Source of the DNA: Malacoraja senta
Taxonomy: Eukaryota
Reading direction: 5' to 3'
Assembly (NCBI GenBank): GCA_038087875.1
Contig: JAXLNO010000600.1
Span: forward strand, 434,001-498,000
Length of the DNA stretch: 64,000 bases
This document shows positions 24,542 through 37,674 of this stretch, in pieces; position 1 is the first letter of the stretch; every line of letters starts with the position of its first letter. The notes beneath the pieces were generated by a model. It did not search any database. It was given only the letters and a program-made list of their open reading frames with translations, and was not told the DNA's origin. The position numbers and the translations under genes are program-made.

Positions 24542-27500
24542 CCTAGTACGTGTAGGGTAGTGTTAATATGCGGGGATCGCAGGTCAGCGCGGTCTCGGTG
24601 GGCCGAAGGGCCTGTTTCTGCACTGGATAACTAAACTAAAGCTGCACTGATTACTAGAGTAGACCAGAGTCCGTCCCCAGATTACCATCCTTTTCATGTC
24701 CTTCCCTCACCTGGGACTTATTACCAAGAGCTCTTTGCCTGTGCCCGAGGCATCCTGTTGCACGGGGTTGATCAGAGAACTGCGCGCGGCTGCAAGCATC
24801 TGGAGGGATTGAGATGCTATTTTAAAAAAAACTGATCTGACACTTTGGCTCCTTGATGTTAATCTTGGGGAACGGTGCAAAATGGCCATTGATGAGGAGC
24901 CACATGTGTTTGATGTATACCTGACACCCACATCCATATGCTGCAAAGCTCTTGCAAATGGTTCCACTATTTCTTTTTAATTATCATTTTAAAATGAACT
25001 GCTTCACAGACTCCCTGTGGAATGCAAATTTTGTTAACAAATCTAGCCAATCTGCACAAGTACCAACCGAACGATAAACAAGGTTCAAACTTTCTTATTG
25101 CAAGTGTTTAAACAGATCATTTATATTGAACTTAAGTATTGAAAGTATTGAAGGGTCTCGACCCGTAACGTCACCTAGAGAGTGGGGGGGGGGGGGGAGA
25201 GAGAGGGTGGGAGAGAGGGGGGGAGAGAGGGGCGAGAGAGAGAGAGAGGGAGCGAGAGAGGGTGGGAGTGACAGAGCAAGATAGAGAGACAGGGGGGAGA
25301 GAGAGAGGGAGATATAGTGGAACAGAGACAGAGACACAGACACAGGTAGTCAAAAATGCTGGAGAAACTCAGCGGGTGAGGCAGCATCTATGGAGCGAAG
25401 GAAAAATCAGTCTGAAGAAGGGTCTAGACCCGAAAAGTCACCAATTCCTTCGCTCCATAGATGCTGCCTCACCCGCTGAGTTTCTCCAGCATTTTTGTCC
25501 ATCTTCGATTTTTCCAGCACCTGCAGTTCTTTCTTAAACATTATGTATTGAAACTGGCTGTTTAGCAGCAGCAGCTATTATCACCAAGGACCCATGCCAC
25601 CCTGGCCACGCTCTCATCTCGCTGCTACCATCAGGAAGAAGGTACAGGAGCCTGAGAACCGTTACCACCAGAACACCTTCTTCCCATCAATCATATGTCT
25701 CTTGAAAACTGCACAACCCTAGCCAGACCTCTACCTCAACACTAAATGACTATGAACTTTGTTTTGCTTGCACTGCATACTATCATAGTCTGTTTTTTTG
25801 GATTTACTGATCATTCTCTGCCAGAGGGCAGTGGAGGCCGGTTCTCTGGATGCTTTCAAGAGAGAGCTAGATAAGGCTCTTAAAAATAGCGGAGTCAGGG
25901 GATATGGGGAGAAGGCAGGAATGGGGTACTGATTGGGGATGATCAGCCATGATCACATTGAATGGCGGTGCTGGCTCGAAGGGCCAAATGGCCTAATCCT
26001 GCACCTATTGTCTATTTATTGTATTTTTATTTGTTGTGTTAATGGGTCGGCAAAGCTGCAGCAAATACGTTTTCCATGGTTCTGTTTACAGTGCGTATGA
26101 CAATTAAAGAATCCTGAATCTCCCTCGGTGTTTGCGCCCACACATGTCCCTTCCTACTTCATCCAGCTCTACTGTCCGATACTGCTGTTACTTTCTTAGC
26201 TTGATTTAGTTTTTCTCATAAAAGCTAGTTGCCCTGTGACTCCCTGTGTCACAGAGTGATACAGTATGGCTCAACTTGCCCACACAGGCCAACACGTCCC
26301 AGCTACACTCGTTCTACCTGCCTGCGCTTGGTCCATATCCCTCCAAACATGTCCTGTCCATGTACCTGTACTAGAATAAGGGGTAAGCCATTTAGAACGG
26401 AGATGAGGAAGCACTTTTTCTCACAGAGTGGTGAGTCTGTGGAATTCTCTGCCTCAGAGGGCGGTGGAGGCCAGTTCTCTGGATACTTTTAAAAGAGAGC
26501 TAGATAGGGCTCTTAAAGATAGCGGAGTCAGGGGATATGGGGAGAAGGCAAGAACGGGGTACTGTTCTGAAGAAGGGTTTCGGCCCGAAACGTTGCCTAT
26601 TTCCTTCGCTCCATAGATGCTGCCGCACCCGCTGAGTTTCTCCAGCACTTTTGCCTACCTCCGATTTTCCAGCATCTGCAGTTCCTTCTTGAACGGGGTA
26701 CTGATTGGGGATGATCAGCCATGATCACATTGAATGGTGGTGCTGGCCCGAAGGGCCGAATGGCCTACCCCTGCACCTATTGTCTATTGTCTAGTGTACT
26801 GTGGTCTGTAATACTTTCATTTTCAAAGCTAAACTGCACAATTCAACACTAAATTATTTGGCCTCCATTTGACAAACTCTCGTCCACACTCCCAACCTTC
26901 CGCTGGTTTGTAATGCGCACCCTTCATTATTATTTGATGGGAAGATGAAAGGAAAGAAATCTCAGAGGTGGCTCTTTCCTAGTATCTATCGAGGTATTAT
27001 AGAGATAGAGATACAACACAGAAACAGGCCTATCCACGTTGCCCACCAGCCACCCAATACATTAATCCTACAAAACTAATCTAACTCACAAAAAGATGCA
27101 GAGTGCTGGAGTAAGTCAGCAGGTGCGGCAGCATCTGTGGAGAACATGGATAGGGGATGTCTTGACCTGAAACGTCACCTATCCATGTTCTCCAAAGATG
27201 CCACCTGACCTGCTGAGTTACTCCAGCACTCTGTGTCCTTTTGTGTATTAACCAGCATCTGCAGTTCTTTGTTTCTTCTAATCTAATCCAACTTTATTGT
27301 TTTCAAATTCCTTCAGATTCTATCATTCATCTCCACAAATTTATAGAGGCCAATTACCCTGTAAATCCGGATGTCTTTGGAATGTGGGGGAAACTTGAGC
27401 ACCCAAAGGAAGTCCATGCGGTCACAGTGAGAACATGCAAACTCCACGCTTACAGGACCCGAGATCAGGATTGAACCCGGGTCTCTGGTGCTGTGAGGCA

Positions 27501-27979
27501 GCGGCTCTGCAAAATGCACCACTGGGCCACATTGTAAACTTTATTTACAATTCTGCTCTACTGTAGCAATAAGGTCTTAAGGTCATAAGCGATAGGAGCA
27601 AAATTAGGCCATTCGGCCCATCAAGTCTACTCCATCATTCAAGCATGGCTGATTTATCTTTCCCTCTTAACCCCATTCTCCTGCCTTCTCCCAATGACCA
27701 CTGACACCCGTACTAATCAGTGCTGCTCCAAAACAAGAGATTCCCATCATTAAAAATCTTTGTGGAAGCTGCTGTAGGAAAATGTCTGTCTATAACTAAA
27801 CGTCACTACAGCATGGATACAGGCCATTCAGCCCAATTTACCCATGCCGAATAATTTGCCCCATCTACACTAGTCCTACCTGCCTGCGCTTGGCCCATAT
27901 CCCTCTAAACCTATTCTATGTCCATGACGATGAAGGATACTATGGACAATTGCTTTGAATGAAGCAATATATTAAAAGC

Positions 27980-29035
27980 AAGTCAAGTCAAGTCAACTTT
28001 ATTTGTCACATACACATACAAGATGTGCAGTGAAATGAAAGTGGCATTTTGTGACAAGATTGTGCAAAAACAACAGAACAGAACAGAACCAGTATTTACA
28101 TTTTAGGAAAAAAAAGACACAACAGTAGATTAGTCCCTGGTGAGATCAGAGTTTGCAGTCCTCATGGCCTGTGGGAAGAAACTCCGTCTCATCCTCTCTG
28201 TTTTTGCAGCGTGACAGCAGAGGCGCTTGCCTGACCGTAGCAGTTGGAACAGTCCGTTGCTGGGGTGGTCGGGGTCCCCCATAATGTTGCTGGCTTTGGA
28301 TCTGCACCTCCTGGTGTATAGGTCCTGCAGGGGGGTGAGTGTGGTTCCCATAGTGCATTCGGCCAAACGCACTACTCTCTGCAGAGCCTTCCTGTCCTGG
28401 GCAGGGGTGTTCCCAAACCAGATCGTGATGTTACCGGACAAGATGCTTTCTACAGCCCCAGAGTAGAAGGACTCTTGTTAAGGGCTTGGACACGCTAGAG
28501 GCAGGAAACATGTTCCCGATGTTGGGGGAGTCCAGAACCAGGGGCCACTAAGAATAAGGAGTAAGCCATTTAGAACGGAGACAAGGAAACACTTTTTCTC
28601 ACAGATAGTGGTGAGTCTGTGGAATTCGCTGCCTCAGAGAGCAGTGGAGGCGGGTTCTCTGGATACTTTCAAGAGAGAGCTAGATAGGGCTCTTAAAGAT
28701 AGCGGAGTCAGGGGATATGGGGAGAAGGCAGGAACGGGGTACTGATTGGGGTTGATCAGCCATGATCCCATTGAATGGCAGTGCTGGATCGAAGAGTCGA
28801 ATGGCCTACTCCTGCACCTATTGGCTATTGTCTATTGAATGGCGGTGCTGGCTCGGTGCCAAATGGCCTACTCCTGCACCTATTGTCTATTGTCTATTGA
28901 CTGAAGGATCATCAGAGAGACTCTGAATTTCCTCAGCTGCCTGAGGTGGTAAAGGCGCTGCCTTGCCCTCCTCACCCGTGCGGCAGCGTGCGTTGTCCAT
29001 GTCAGATCCTCTGTGATGTGGACACCCAGGTATTT
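27980..29035 (-). mobile_element. Rex-Babar fragment with a nested + strand CR1 (about 28477-28898)
   Basis: [13 protein letters not shown]...[11 protein letters not shown] (about 28900-29035) and ITIWFGN...LLRSGKR (28130-28441); (CTTGA)n tail. Confidence 0.88.
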
Positions 29036-29114
29036 AAGCAGTCCATATTTGATCGGTCTCATGCTCTCAAAAGTCTTGATATTTCCTCTGAGAATGTCTG
29101 CGCTTCCTCCGCAG

Positions 29115-29289
29115 GTGAAGCAGCGGTCACTGCGTTCACACATCGGGGTCGTGCCCCAAGACACCGTGCTCTTCAACGACAATATTCGAAACAACATCCG
29201 GTACGGCAGAGTGACTGCCAGTGATGAGGAAGTGGAAGAAGCCTCTCGAGCCGCCGATATTCACGAACGGATCATCACATTCCCCGATG
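29115..29289 (+). CDS. ABCB6: ABCB6 internal exon (175 bp), NBD Q-loop region [32 protein letters not shown]...[10 protein letters not shown](G)
   Basis: Acceptor cttcctccgcag, donor G|gtacaa. Peptide closely matches vertebrate ABCB6 ([18 protein letters not shown]). Phase 1 end joins the next exon. Confidence 0.95.
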
Positions 29290-30384
29290 GTACAAAATCT
29301 ACATTTTCCTTTGGTTTATGCAGAAAATTATTTGTGAAAGCACCAGATAGACACAAAATGCTGGAGTAACTCTGTGGAAATAGCAGTGTCTCTGGAGAGA
29401 AGGAATGGGAGATGTTTCGGATCGAGACCCTCCTTCAGACTTCACTCTAATTCTGAACACGAAGACACTGAGAGAGTTACCCATGGTGCAATCCGAAGAT
29501 TGATGTCTAAATTTTGAAGAAGTTCAGTCTGAAGAAGGGTCTCGACCCGAAACGTCACATATTCCTTCGCTCCATAGATGCTGCCTCACCCGCTGAGTTT
29601 CTCCAGCATTTTTGTCTACCTTCGAAGATTGAGGAGAGCTCTTTTTCCCTTGCATGCCTCCTCCCATTCCTTCTCTCCAGAGATGCTGCCTGTCCCGCTA
29701 AGTTACTCCAGCCTTTTGTGTCTATCTTCTGTGTAAACCAGCATCTGCAGTTCCTTCCTACAGGTTTTAAAAGCCGCTGATTGAAGGTATGAACGTTTTT
29801 TGAAGTGGCCTCTTACACCGCCAAAGTCATTAGATTGCTGCATGTTTACTTGCAGTATAGTTTAGTTTATTTTCAGGTGTACCGAGGTACAGTGAAAAGC
29901 TTTTTTGTTGCGTGCTATCAGATCAGCAGATAGACTATACATGACTACAATCAAGCCGTTTACATTGTACAGATACAGAATAAAGAGAATAACATTTGGT
30001 GCAAGATAAAGTCCAGTAAAGTCTGATTAAAGATAGCCACCAATGAGCTTGGGAGGTAGGATTGCTCTGTGGTTGGCGATAGGATGGTTCAGTCGCTTGT
30101 TGACAGCTGGGAAGAACCTGTCCCTGAATCTGGAGGTGTGCGTTATCAAATTTCTGTACCTCTTACCTGATGGGAGAAGCCAAGATCTCTGCTTTGATTG
30201 CCTATCTACAGCCATCTCTCCCTGCTTTCTACGTCTATATAACGACAACCGATTCACTCACCCACTAATGCTCCACATTGGACCCTGCATTTTAATAGCA
30301 CCCTACCGTTTGGAAGACAGGCCAGACATATGTTTCAAGAGTCAAACAAATCTGACCTAATCTATCCTAAAATTTGCAGTGAAT

Positions 30385-30681
30385 CTTCTTCTTCTTGAGA
30401 ATGAAACATAAACCAAAGGAATAGTTAGATCTCAAGCCGGGTGTTGAGCAGCCAGGTTGTTGTCTCTGCGTCAATGTCTGCCAGGCCCTGAGCTCCATGT
30501 GGTGGGTGGTAGAGCGGGCACCCAGTGATGACATGATTGGCTGTCTGTTGTTCTGCTCCACATTCACAGGCTGGGCTCTGGCGGAGCCCCCATCTCCACA
30601 TGCTGGCATTGAAACGCCCAACTCCAGTACCAAGTCTGTTGAGCTTCACCCATGCGTCTCTGGGGAGGTCAGACCCTGGAC
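30385..30681 (-). mobile_element. Vingi/Ingi-like LINE 3' end
   Basis: KLNRLGTGVGRF...CECG..QTANHVITGC zinc knuckle; (AAG)n tail; 10-bp TSD tgcagtgaat (30375-30384 and 30682-30691). Confidence 0.8.
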
Positions 30682-31004
30682 TGCAGTGAATGATTTTAGT
30701 GGATAGATTAGAAATCTACTGTGTTATTAGTGGTGCACCGTAAAAGACTCCAACAAGAACAAGCTTTAATTTTATAAGCCAAGATGAGCAGAAATATTTG
30801 CAATTTCTCTCTCCCATGAAAACGTATTTCATTTACTACTCCTTGGTGTTAATTTATTTTTGTTTGATTGTCCTCCTATAAAGTGCTGTGGGACATTTTA
30901 CTACCCTATATAGGCACTAAAATATGTCGCCTCCTTTTGTCAATAACCACAAATCTGTAGCCTCCTTTTGCTCGTATTTTATTTAATTCACATGTTTGAT
31001 CAAT

Positions 31005-32502
31005 AAGCACGCAGGTACAGCAGGCAGTGAAGAAAGCGAATGGCATGTTGGCCTTTATAACAAGAGGAATCGAATATAGGAGCAAAGAGTTCCTTCTGCA
31101 GTTGTACAGGGCACTAGTGAGACCATACCTGGAGTATTGTGTGCCGTTTTGGTCCCTTAATTTGAGGAAGGACATTCTTGCTATTGAGGGAGTGCAGCGT
31201 AAAGTAAAGTAAAGTAAATTTATTTATATAGCACTTTTCAATCAATTTCAATCAAAGAAGCCAAAGTGCTTTACAGAGAAAATTATCCATATAAATGAAA
31301 AAAAAAGAGGTAGAAAAAATGACACAACACACTATAAGAAATTCAACACGAACAGCCCCCCACAGCAGTCGACACTCTCCACTGTGAGGGAAAGGCACCA
31401 AAATGTCCAGTCCTCCTCCTCTTCCCCCTATTCCACCCGACGTCGGGGCCAGTTTGAGGCCTCCGCAGCCAGTCGCCACAACGGCAGCCCGATGTTGTAT
31501 GCCCACCTGCCGGGAAGCTGGACTTTCGGGTGGAAAGTCCTCAGCAGCTTGGTAGTGTCTGGAGCGGCCATCTCCCTCCCCGGAGACTGCGACGCCCGTA
31601 GTCTTCAGGCCGCGCCGGTTGGAGCTCCGACTCTGACTCCGCGGTGTTTTCGACCCAGCGGGACGTCCTCAGACCGCAGACCGCAGCTCCTCGATGTTGG
31701 TAGTCGGCGGTCACAGCACTCCAGAGCGGCGACCCGGCAAGGCATCGCCCGCTCCGTGTTGGTGTCCCAGCGCTGTGCTGCCGAAGCTGTGGTCCCGGCA
31801 GGAAACGCCGCTCCAGCCCGATGGAAGGCAGCATGGGGAGAGCGAAGATGCGATTTGGAGGAAAACCGCATCTCCGACCAGGTAGAACTGGGGTTAAAAC
31901 CGTTTCCCCCCCACATAGAAAGAATAGACCTCCAAATAAAAGTTATAGAAAATAAAAAGGGTTAGAGGACGGACTGCAGGCAGGCGCCCGTACAAACGGC
32001 GCCCACTCCTGCACATCCGCCATCTTGAATTTTACAAGGTTAATTCCCAGGATGGTGGGACTGTCATATGCTGAGAGAATGGAGCAGCTGGGCTTGTACA
32101 CTCTGGAGTTTAGAAGGATGAGAGGTTATCTCATTGAAACATATAAGATTGTTAAGGGTTTGGACACGCTAGAGGCAGGAAACATGTTCCCGATGTTGGG
32201 GGAGTCCAGAAGCAGGGGCCGCAGTTTAAGAATAAGGAGTAAACCATTTAGAACGGAGACGAGGAAACACTTTTTCTCACAGAGAGTGATGAGTCTGTGG
32301 AATTCTCTGCCTCAGAGGGCGGTGGAGGCAGGTTCTCTGGATGCTTTCAAGAGAGAGCTAGACAGGGCTCTTAAAAATAGCGGAGTCAGGGGATATATGG
32401 AGAAGGCAGGAACGGGGTACTGATTGGGGATGATCAGCCATGATCACATTGCTGGCTCGAAGGGCCGAATGGCCTACTCCTGCACCTATTGTCTATTGTC
32501 TA
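31005..32502 (+). mobile_element. CR1 fragment split by a GC-rich insertion
   Basis: CR1 reading ...EGVQR| breaks at 31200 and resumes |FTRLIP at about 32030. Confidence 0.9.
31201..32029 (-). mobile_element. Non-autonomous LINE-derived element (GC-rich 5' part, L2-like 3' end, (TTTAC)n tail)
   Basis: Minus-strand 5' end CAAGATGGCGG (YY1-like motif); 3' end gaaaagtgctatataaataaatttactttac. Confidence 0.7.
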
Positions 32503-32759
32503 ATAATGTTTTATTATTAATGTTTAATGTTGTATGTATCATTCTTAACTGTCACTGTATGTCATGTTGTCACTTATGGGCGGAGCACCTAGGCAAATTC
32601 CTTGTATGTGAATACATGGCCAATAAACTTATTCATAAACTTCATAAAAACTTAATTCATATTAAAGCAAGCTTTTGTACTGTTCTGTGTGAAGATTGCT
32701 TGGGTATCCTGAAGCCCTTTGAATGTTTTGGATGCAAGTTGTGGATCACCATTTCTTGA

Positions 32760-32942
<183 letters not shown>

Positions 32943-33183
32943 TGAGAGATGAACGGCGCAGACATTGTCTGGAACATTTAGACCAATCTCAGTATCAAAT
33001 CACACTCAAATTAACAGCGCTGTCACAGCCTTAACCGTGAATGAATCTAGGCTGGAAAGGTAGAATGTTTCACAAAGGAGAGATTCACTAAGGTTGGTGA
33101 AAGATTGATGCAGTTGTACAATTTCTCTTTTGGCCTCCGTGTTGTTAAATGAGCCTCTGTCTTCAAATATTTAATTCTAGAGA

Positions 33184-34163
33184 AGTCAAGAGTGTTTTAT
33201 TGTCATATGTCCCGGATGGGACAATGACATTCTTACTTGCTGCAGCACAACAGAATATGTGAATATGTAAACATAGTACATAACGGGGAAAGAGAAAAAA
33301 AAGAAAAAGTTCAATAAATAACAAATATAGAGCAAATATCAAATAATAATATAGTCTTTTGCAGTTCAGAGCTTATTCGTTGTGTTCAATAGCCCGATGG
33401 CTGTGGGGAAGAAGCTGTTCCTGAACCTGGATGTTACAGTTTTCAGGCTCCTGTACCTTCTTCCTGATGGCAGTGGTGAGATGAGTGTGTGGCCAGGATG
33501 GTGTGGGTCTTTGATAATGGTGGCTGCCTTTTTGAGGCAGCGACTACGATAGATCCCTTCGACGGTGGGGAGGTCAGAGCCGGTGATGGACTGGGCAGTG
33601 GTCACAACTTTTTGTAGTCTTTTCTGCTCCTGGACGTTCAAGTTGCCGAACCAGGCCACGATGCAGCCAGTCAGCATGGTCTATACCGTGCACCTGTAGA
33701 AGGAAGTTCTAAAAGTAGGAAAATGATAAGTATTATAAAAACTAAGGAAATATTAAGGCTGACCTCCCTACCATCGAGGGGAACCATCACAGTCGCTGCC
33801 TCAAAAAGGCTGGCAGTATCATCAAGGACCCACATCATCCTGGCCACACACTCATCTCCCCGCTACCTTCAGGTAGAAGGTACAGGAGCCTGAAGACTGC
33901 AACGTCCAGGTTCAGAAACAGCTTCCCCACAGCCATCAGGCTATTGAACTCAACTCAAACAAAACTCTGAACATTAATAGCCCATTATCTGTTTATTTGC
34001 ATTTTATCCGTTTTATTTATTGGTGTGTATATATTTATAAAATGGTATATGGACACACTGATCTGTTCTGTATTTATGCCTTCTATATTCTGGTGTGCTG
34101 AAGCAAAGCAAGAATTTCATTGTCCTATCTGGGACACACGACAATAAACTCTCTTGAATCTTG
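33184..34163. mobile_element. Two Rex-Babar 3' fragments head-to-head: 33184-33700(-) and 33758-34163(+)
   Basis: ORF 33366-33677 and an inverted homologous segment from gctgacctccctaccatcgagggg. Confidence 0.88.
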
Positions 34164-34306
34164 AGGATGCCGGCATCTTTAATAGTGGACATTGCCAGCC
34201 CAGATAAAATGTATCCCAGAACTTCAGAGAAGCTGTTATTGCACAAGCTCACTAAGACAGCTGTAGACGTCAATGTAGGTGGGTTGGTCGGTACATTTGC
34301 AGACAT

Positions 34307-35617
34307 TGTGTAATCTAATCTCAGTATAAATACAGCTGTTCTGTGAAGGCCTCAGAGGTTTGTTAGAGAACATTAGTGAACAAACAGCATCATGAAGCCC
34401 AAGAAACACACCAGAGAGGTTAGGGATAAAGTTGTGGAGAAGTTTAAAGCAGGATTAGGTTATAAAAAAATATCGCAAGCTTTGAACATCTCATGGAGCA
34501 CTGTTCAATCCATCATCCGAAAATGGAAAGAGTATGGCACAACTGAAAACCTACCAAGACATGGCCGTCCACCTAAACTGACAGGCCGGGCAAGGAGAGC
34601 ATTGATCAGAGAAGCAGCCAAGAAGCCAAGTAACTCTGGAGGAGCTGCAGAGATCCACAGCTCAGGTGGGAGAATCTGTCCACAGGACAACTATTAGTCG
34701 TGCACTCCACAAATCGGGCCTTTATGGAAGAGTGGCAAGAAGAGAGCCATTGTTGAAAAAAAGCCATAAGAAGTCCCGTTTGCAGTTTGCCACAAGCCAT
34801 GTGGGGGACACAGCAAACATGTGGAGGCAGGTGCTCTGGTCAGATGAGACCAAAATTGAAGTTTTTGGCCTAAATGCAAAACGCTATGTGTGGCAGAAAC
34901 CTAACACTGCACATCACCTTGAACACACCATCCCCACTGTGAAACATGGTGGTGGCAGCATCATGCTGTGGGGATGCTTTTCTTCAGCTGGGACAGGGAA
35001 GCTGGTCAGAGTTGATGGGAAGATGGATGGAGCCAAATACAGGGCAATCTTGGAAGAAAACCTGTTAGAGACTTGAGACTGGGGCGGAGGTTCACCTTCC
35101 AGCAGGACAACGACCCTAAACATACAGCCAGAGCTACAATGGAATGGATTAGATCAAAGCATATTCATGTGTTAGAATGGCCCAGTCAAAGTCCAGACCT
35201 AAATCCAATTGAGAATCTCTGGCAAGACTTGAAAATTGCTGTTCACAGACGCTCTCCATCCAATCTGACTGAGCTTGAGCTATTTTGCAAAGAAGAATGG
35301 GCAAAAATTTCAGTCTCTCGATGTGCAAAGCTGGTAGAGACATACCCCAAAAGACTTGTAGCTGTAATTGCAGCGAAAGGTGGTTCTACAAAGTATTGAC
35401 TCAGGGGGGCTGAATACTTTTGCACGCGATACTTTTCAGTTTTTTATTTGTAAAAAAATTTGAAAACCATGTATCATTTTCCTTCCACTTCACAATTATG
35501 CACCACTTTGTGTTGGTCTATCACATAAAATCCCAATAAAATACATTTACGTTTGTGGTTGTAATGTGACAAAATGTGGAAAAGTTCAAGGGGTATGAAA
35601 ACTTTTGCAAGCCACTG
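34307..35617 (+). mobile_element. Tc1 (DD34E, Passport-like) transposon, 5' TIR missing, frameshifted transposase
   Basis: ORFs 34392-34697, 34666-35076 and 35073-35399 together give a full transposase (GRPPK, WSDETK, QDNDPKH, SPDLNPIENLW, GGSTKY*). The 3' TIR ends GCCACTG|TA. Confidence 0.95.
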
Positions 35618-36192
35618 TATAACCACAAGATCAAGATTTTAAATAATTTGAGATACAATGTCACTTCAAGTAGAGGTAAACACAAAGCGCTGGTGGACCT
35701 CAGCAGGTCAGGCAGCATCTGTAGAGGGAATGGACAGACAACATTTCAGATGGAGAACTTGACTGTGAATCTGAAGAAGGGTTGCACCCTGAAATGTCAT
35801 CTGTCCATTCCCTCCACAGTTAAAGATAGACACAAAAAGCTGAAGTAACTCAGCGGGTCAGACAGCATCTCTGGAGAGAAGGAATATGTGACGTTTCGGG
35901 TCGAGACCCTTCTTCAGTAGGTTTCTTCAGACTGACGAAGGGTCTTGACCCAAAACATCACCTATTCCTTCTCTCCATAGATGCAGTCTGACCTGCTGAG
36001 TTGTTCCAGCTTTTTGTGTCTATCTTCAGTTTAAATCTGCATTTGCAGTTCCATCCGTCACCCTCTGTAGTTAAGTTGAATTTAGTTTATTGTCACAGTG
36101 CTAACCAGTCAGCGGAAAGACTAGACATGATTACAATTGAGCCACCTACAGTGTACAGATACAGGATAAAGGGAATAACATGAATAGTGTTT

Positions 36193-36797
36193 CAATAGAC
36201 AATAGGTGCAGGAGTAGGCCATTCAGCCCTTCGAGCCAGCACCGCCATTCAATGTGATCATGGCTGATCGTCCCCAATCAGTACCCCGTTCCTGCCTTCT
36301 CCTCATATCCCCTGACTCCGCTATCTTTAAGAGCCCTATCAAGCTCTCTCTTGAAAGTATCCAGAGAACTGGCCTCCACTTCCCTCTGAGGCAGAGAATT
36401 CCACATACTCACAACTCTCTGTGTGAAAAAGTGTTTCCTCGTCTCCGTTCTAAATGGCTTACCCCTTATTCTTAAACTGTGGCCTCAGGTTCTGGACTCC
36501 CCCAACATCGGGAACATGTTTCCTGCCTCTAGCGTGTCCAAACCCTTAATAATCTTATATGTTTCAATAAGATCCCCTCTCATCCTTCTAAACTCCAGAG
36601 TGTACAAGCCCAGCTGCTCCATTCTCTCAGCATATGACCGTCACGCCATCCCGGGAATTAACCTTGTAAACCTACGCTGCACTCCCTCAATAGCAAGAAT
36701 GTCCTTCCTCAAATTAGGCGACCAAAACTGCACACAATACTCCAGGTGTGGTCTCACTCGGGCCCTATACAACACAGAAGGACCTCTTTGCTCCTGT
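36193..36797 (-). mobile_element. CR1 3' fragment
   Basis: [13 protein letters not shown]; caatagacaatag tail. Further minus-strand copies at 37781-38130 and 39384-39766. Confidence 0.92.
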
Positions 36798-37179
36798 GCA
36801 AGATAAAGCCAGTAAAGTCCGATCAAAGATAGTCCGAGGGTTTCCAATACTGCCAGACTTGGCGAGTTCTTACAGCACTTTGTGTTTTCATTAAAATAAG
36901 TGTATGGATTAGGGAGGGATTCACCCAAAGAGTCGTGAAGGTTTGTAACTCTCTGCCTCAAGGATCGTGAAGCCATAAACTGTCAATCCATTAAAAATGC
37001 ATCAGGAAGAGCACTTGATATCCTGTAACCTGTGCACCGACTGACAAGACTTGGGAAGTGGAGATAGTCTCATTGCCAGCGTGATTGGCACGGAGTGATT
37101 GATCACCAATTTCTGATTATGTTTTGAGTCATTTGGACATCTTTGTCAGTGTGACGTTACTTGCCAATGAAGCACAGAG

Positions 37180-37495
37180 TCTCTTGCCCAGAGTAGGGGA
37201 ATCGAGAACCAGAGGACATTGGATTGAAGTGAAGGGGGAAAGATTTAATAGGAATCTGAGGGGTAACATTTTCACACAGAGGGTGGTGGGTGTATGGAAC
37301 GAGCTGCCGGAGGAGGTAGTTGAGGCAGGGACTATTGCAATGTTTAAGAAACAATTAGATGGGTACGTGGATATAGGACAGGTTGGAGGGATATGGGCCA
37401 AACGCTGGCAGGTGGGACTAGTGTAGATGGGACATGTTGGTCGGTGTGGGCAAGTTGGGCCGAAGGGCCTGTTTCCACGCTGTATGATTCTATGA
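37180..37495 (+). mobile_element. CR1 3' fragment, different subfamily
   Basis: PRVGESRTRGH...FTQRVVGVWNELPEEVV; tatgattctatgact tail. Confidence 0.88.
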
Positions 37496-37554
37496 CTGCA
37501 AATATTTTTGTTGTTTCGTTGTTACGACAGTACACATTTCTTGTGTTTGTGCAG

Positions 37555-37649
37555 GCCACATCTGCTCTGGACACACACACCGAAAGGAACATTCAGGCCT
37601 CGCTTGCCAAAGTGTGTGCCAACAGGACTACGATCATCGTGGCTCACAG
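37555..37649 (+). CDS. ABCB6: ABCB6 internal exon (95 bp), D-loop and H-loop: [31 protein letters not shown](R)
   Basis: Acceptor ttgtgtttgtgcag, donor AG|gtcagt. [15 protein letters not shown] matches ABCB6. Confidence 0.96.
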
Positions 37650-37674
37650 GTCAGTGCTTCAAGAAAAACTGATA

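Noticed and set aside
25176..25345. GA-rich tract giving Ser/Leu/Pro ORFs
   Set aside because: Low-complexity microsatellite.
31384..31965. Long GC-rich ORFs (193 aa; also 57948-58508 and 60398-60841)
   Set aside because: Lie inside GC-rich retroposons, are open in several frames, and have no recognisable domain.
32958..34326. Shared 11-mers gcagacattgt and aatctcagtat at about 32958-32995 and 34299-34326
   Set aside because: Spacing differs and there is no further similarity; cannot be distinguished from chance.
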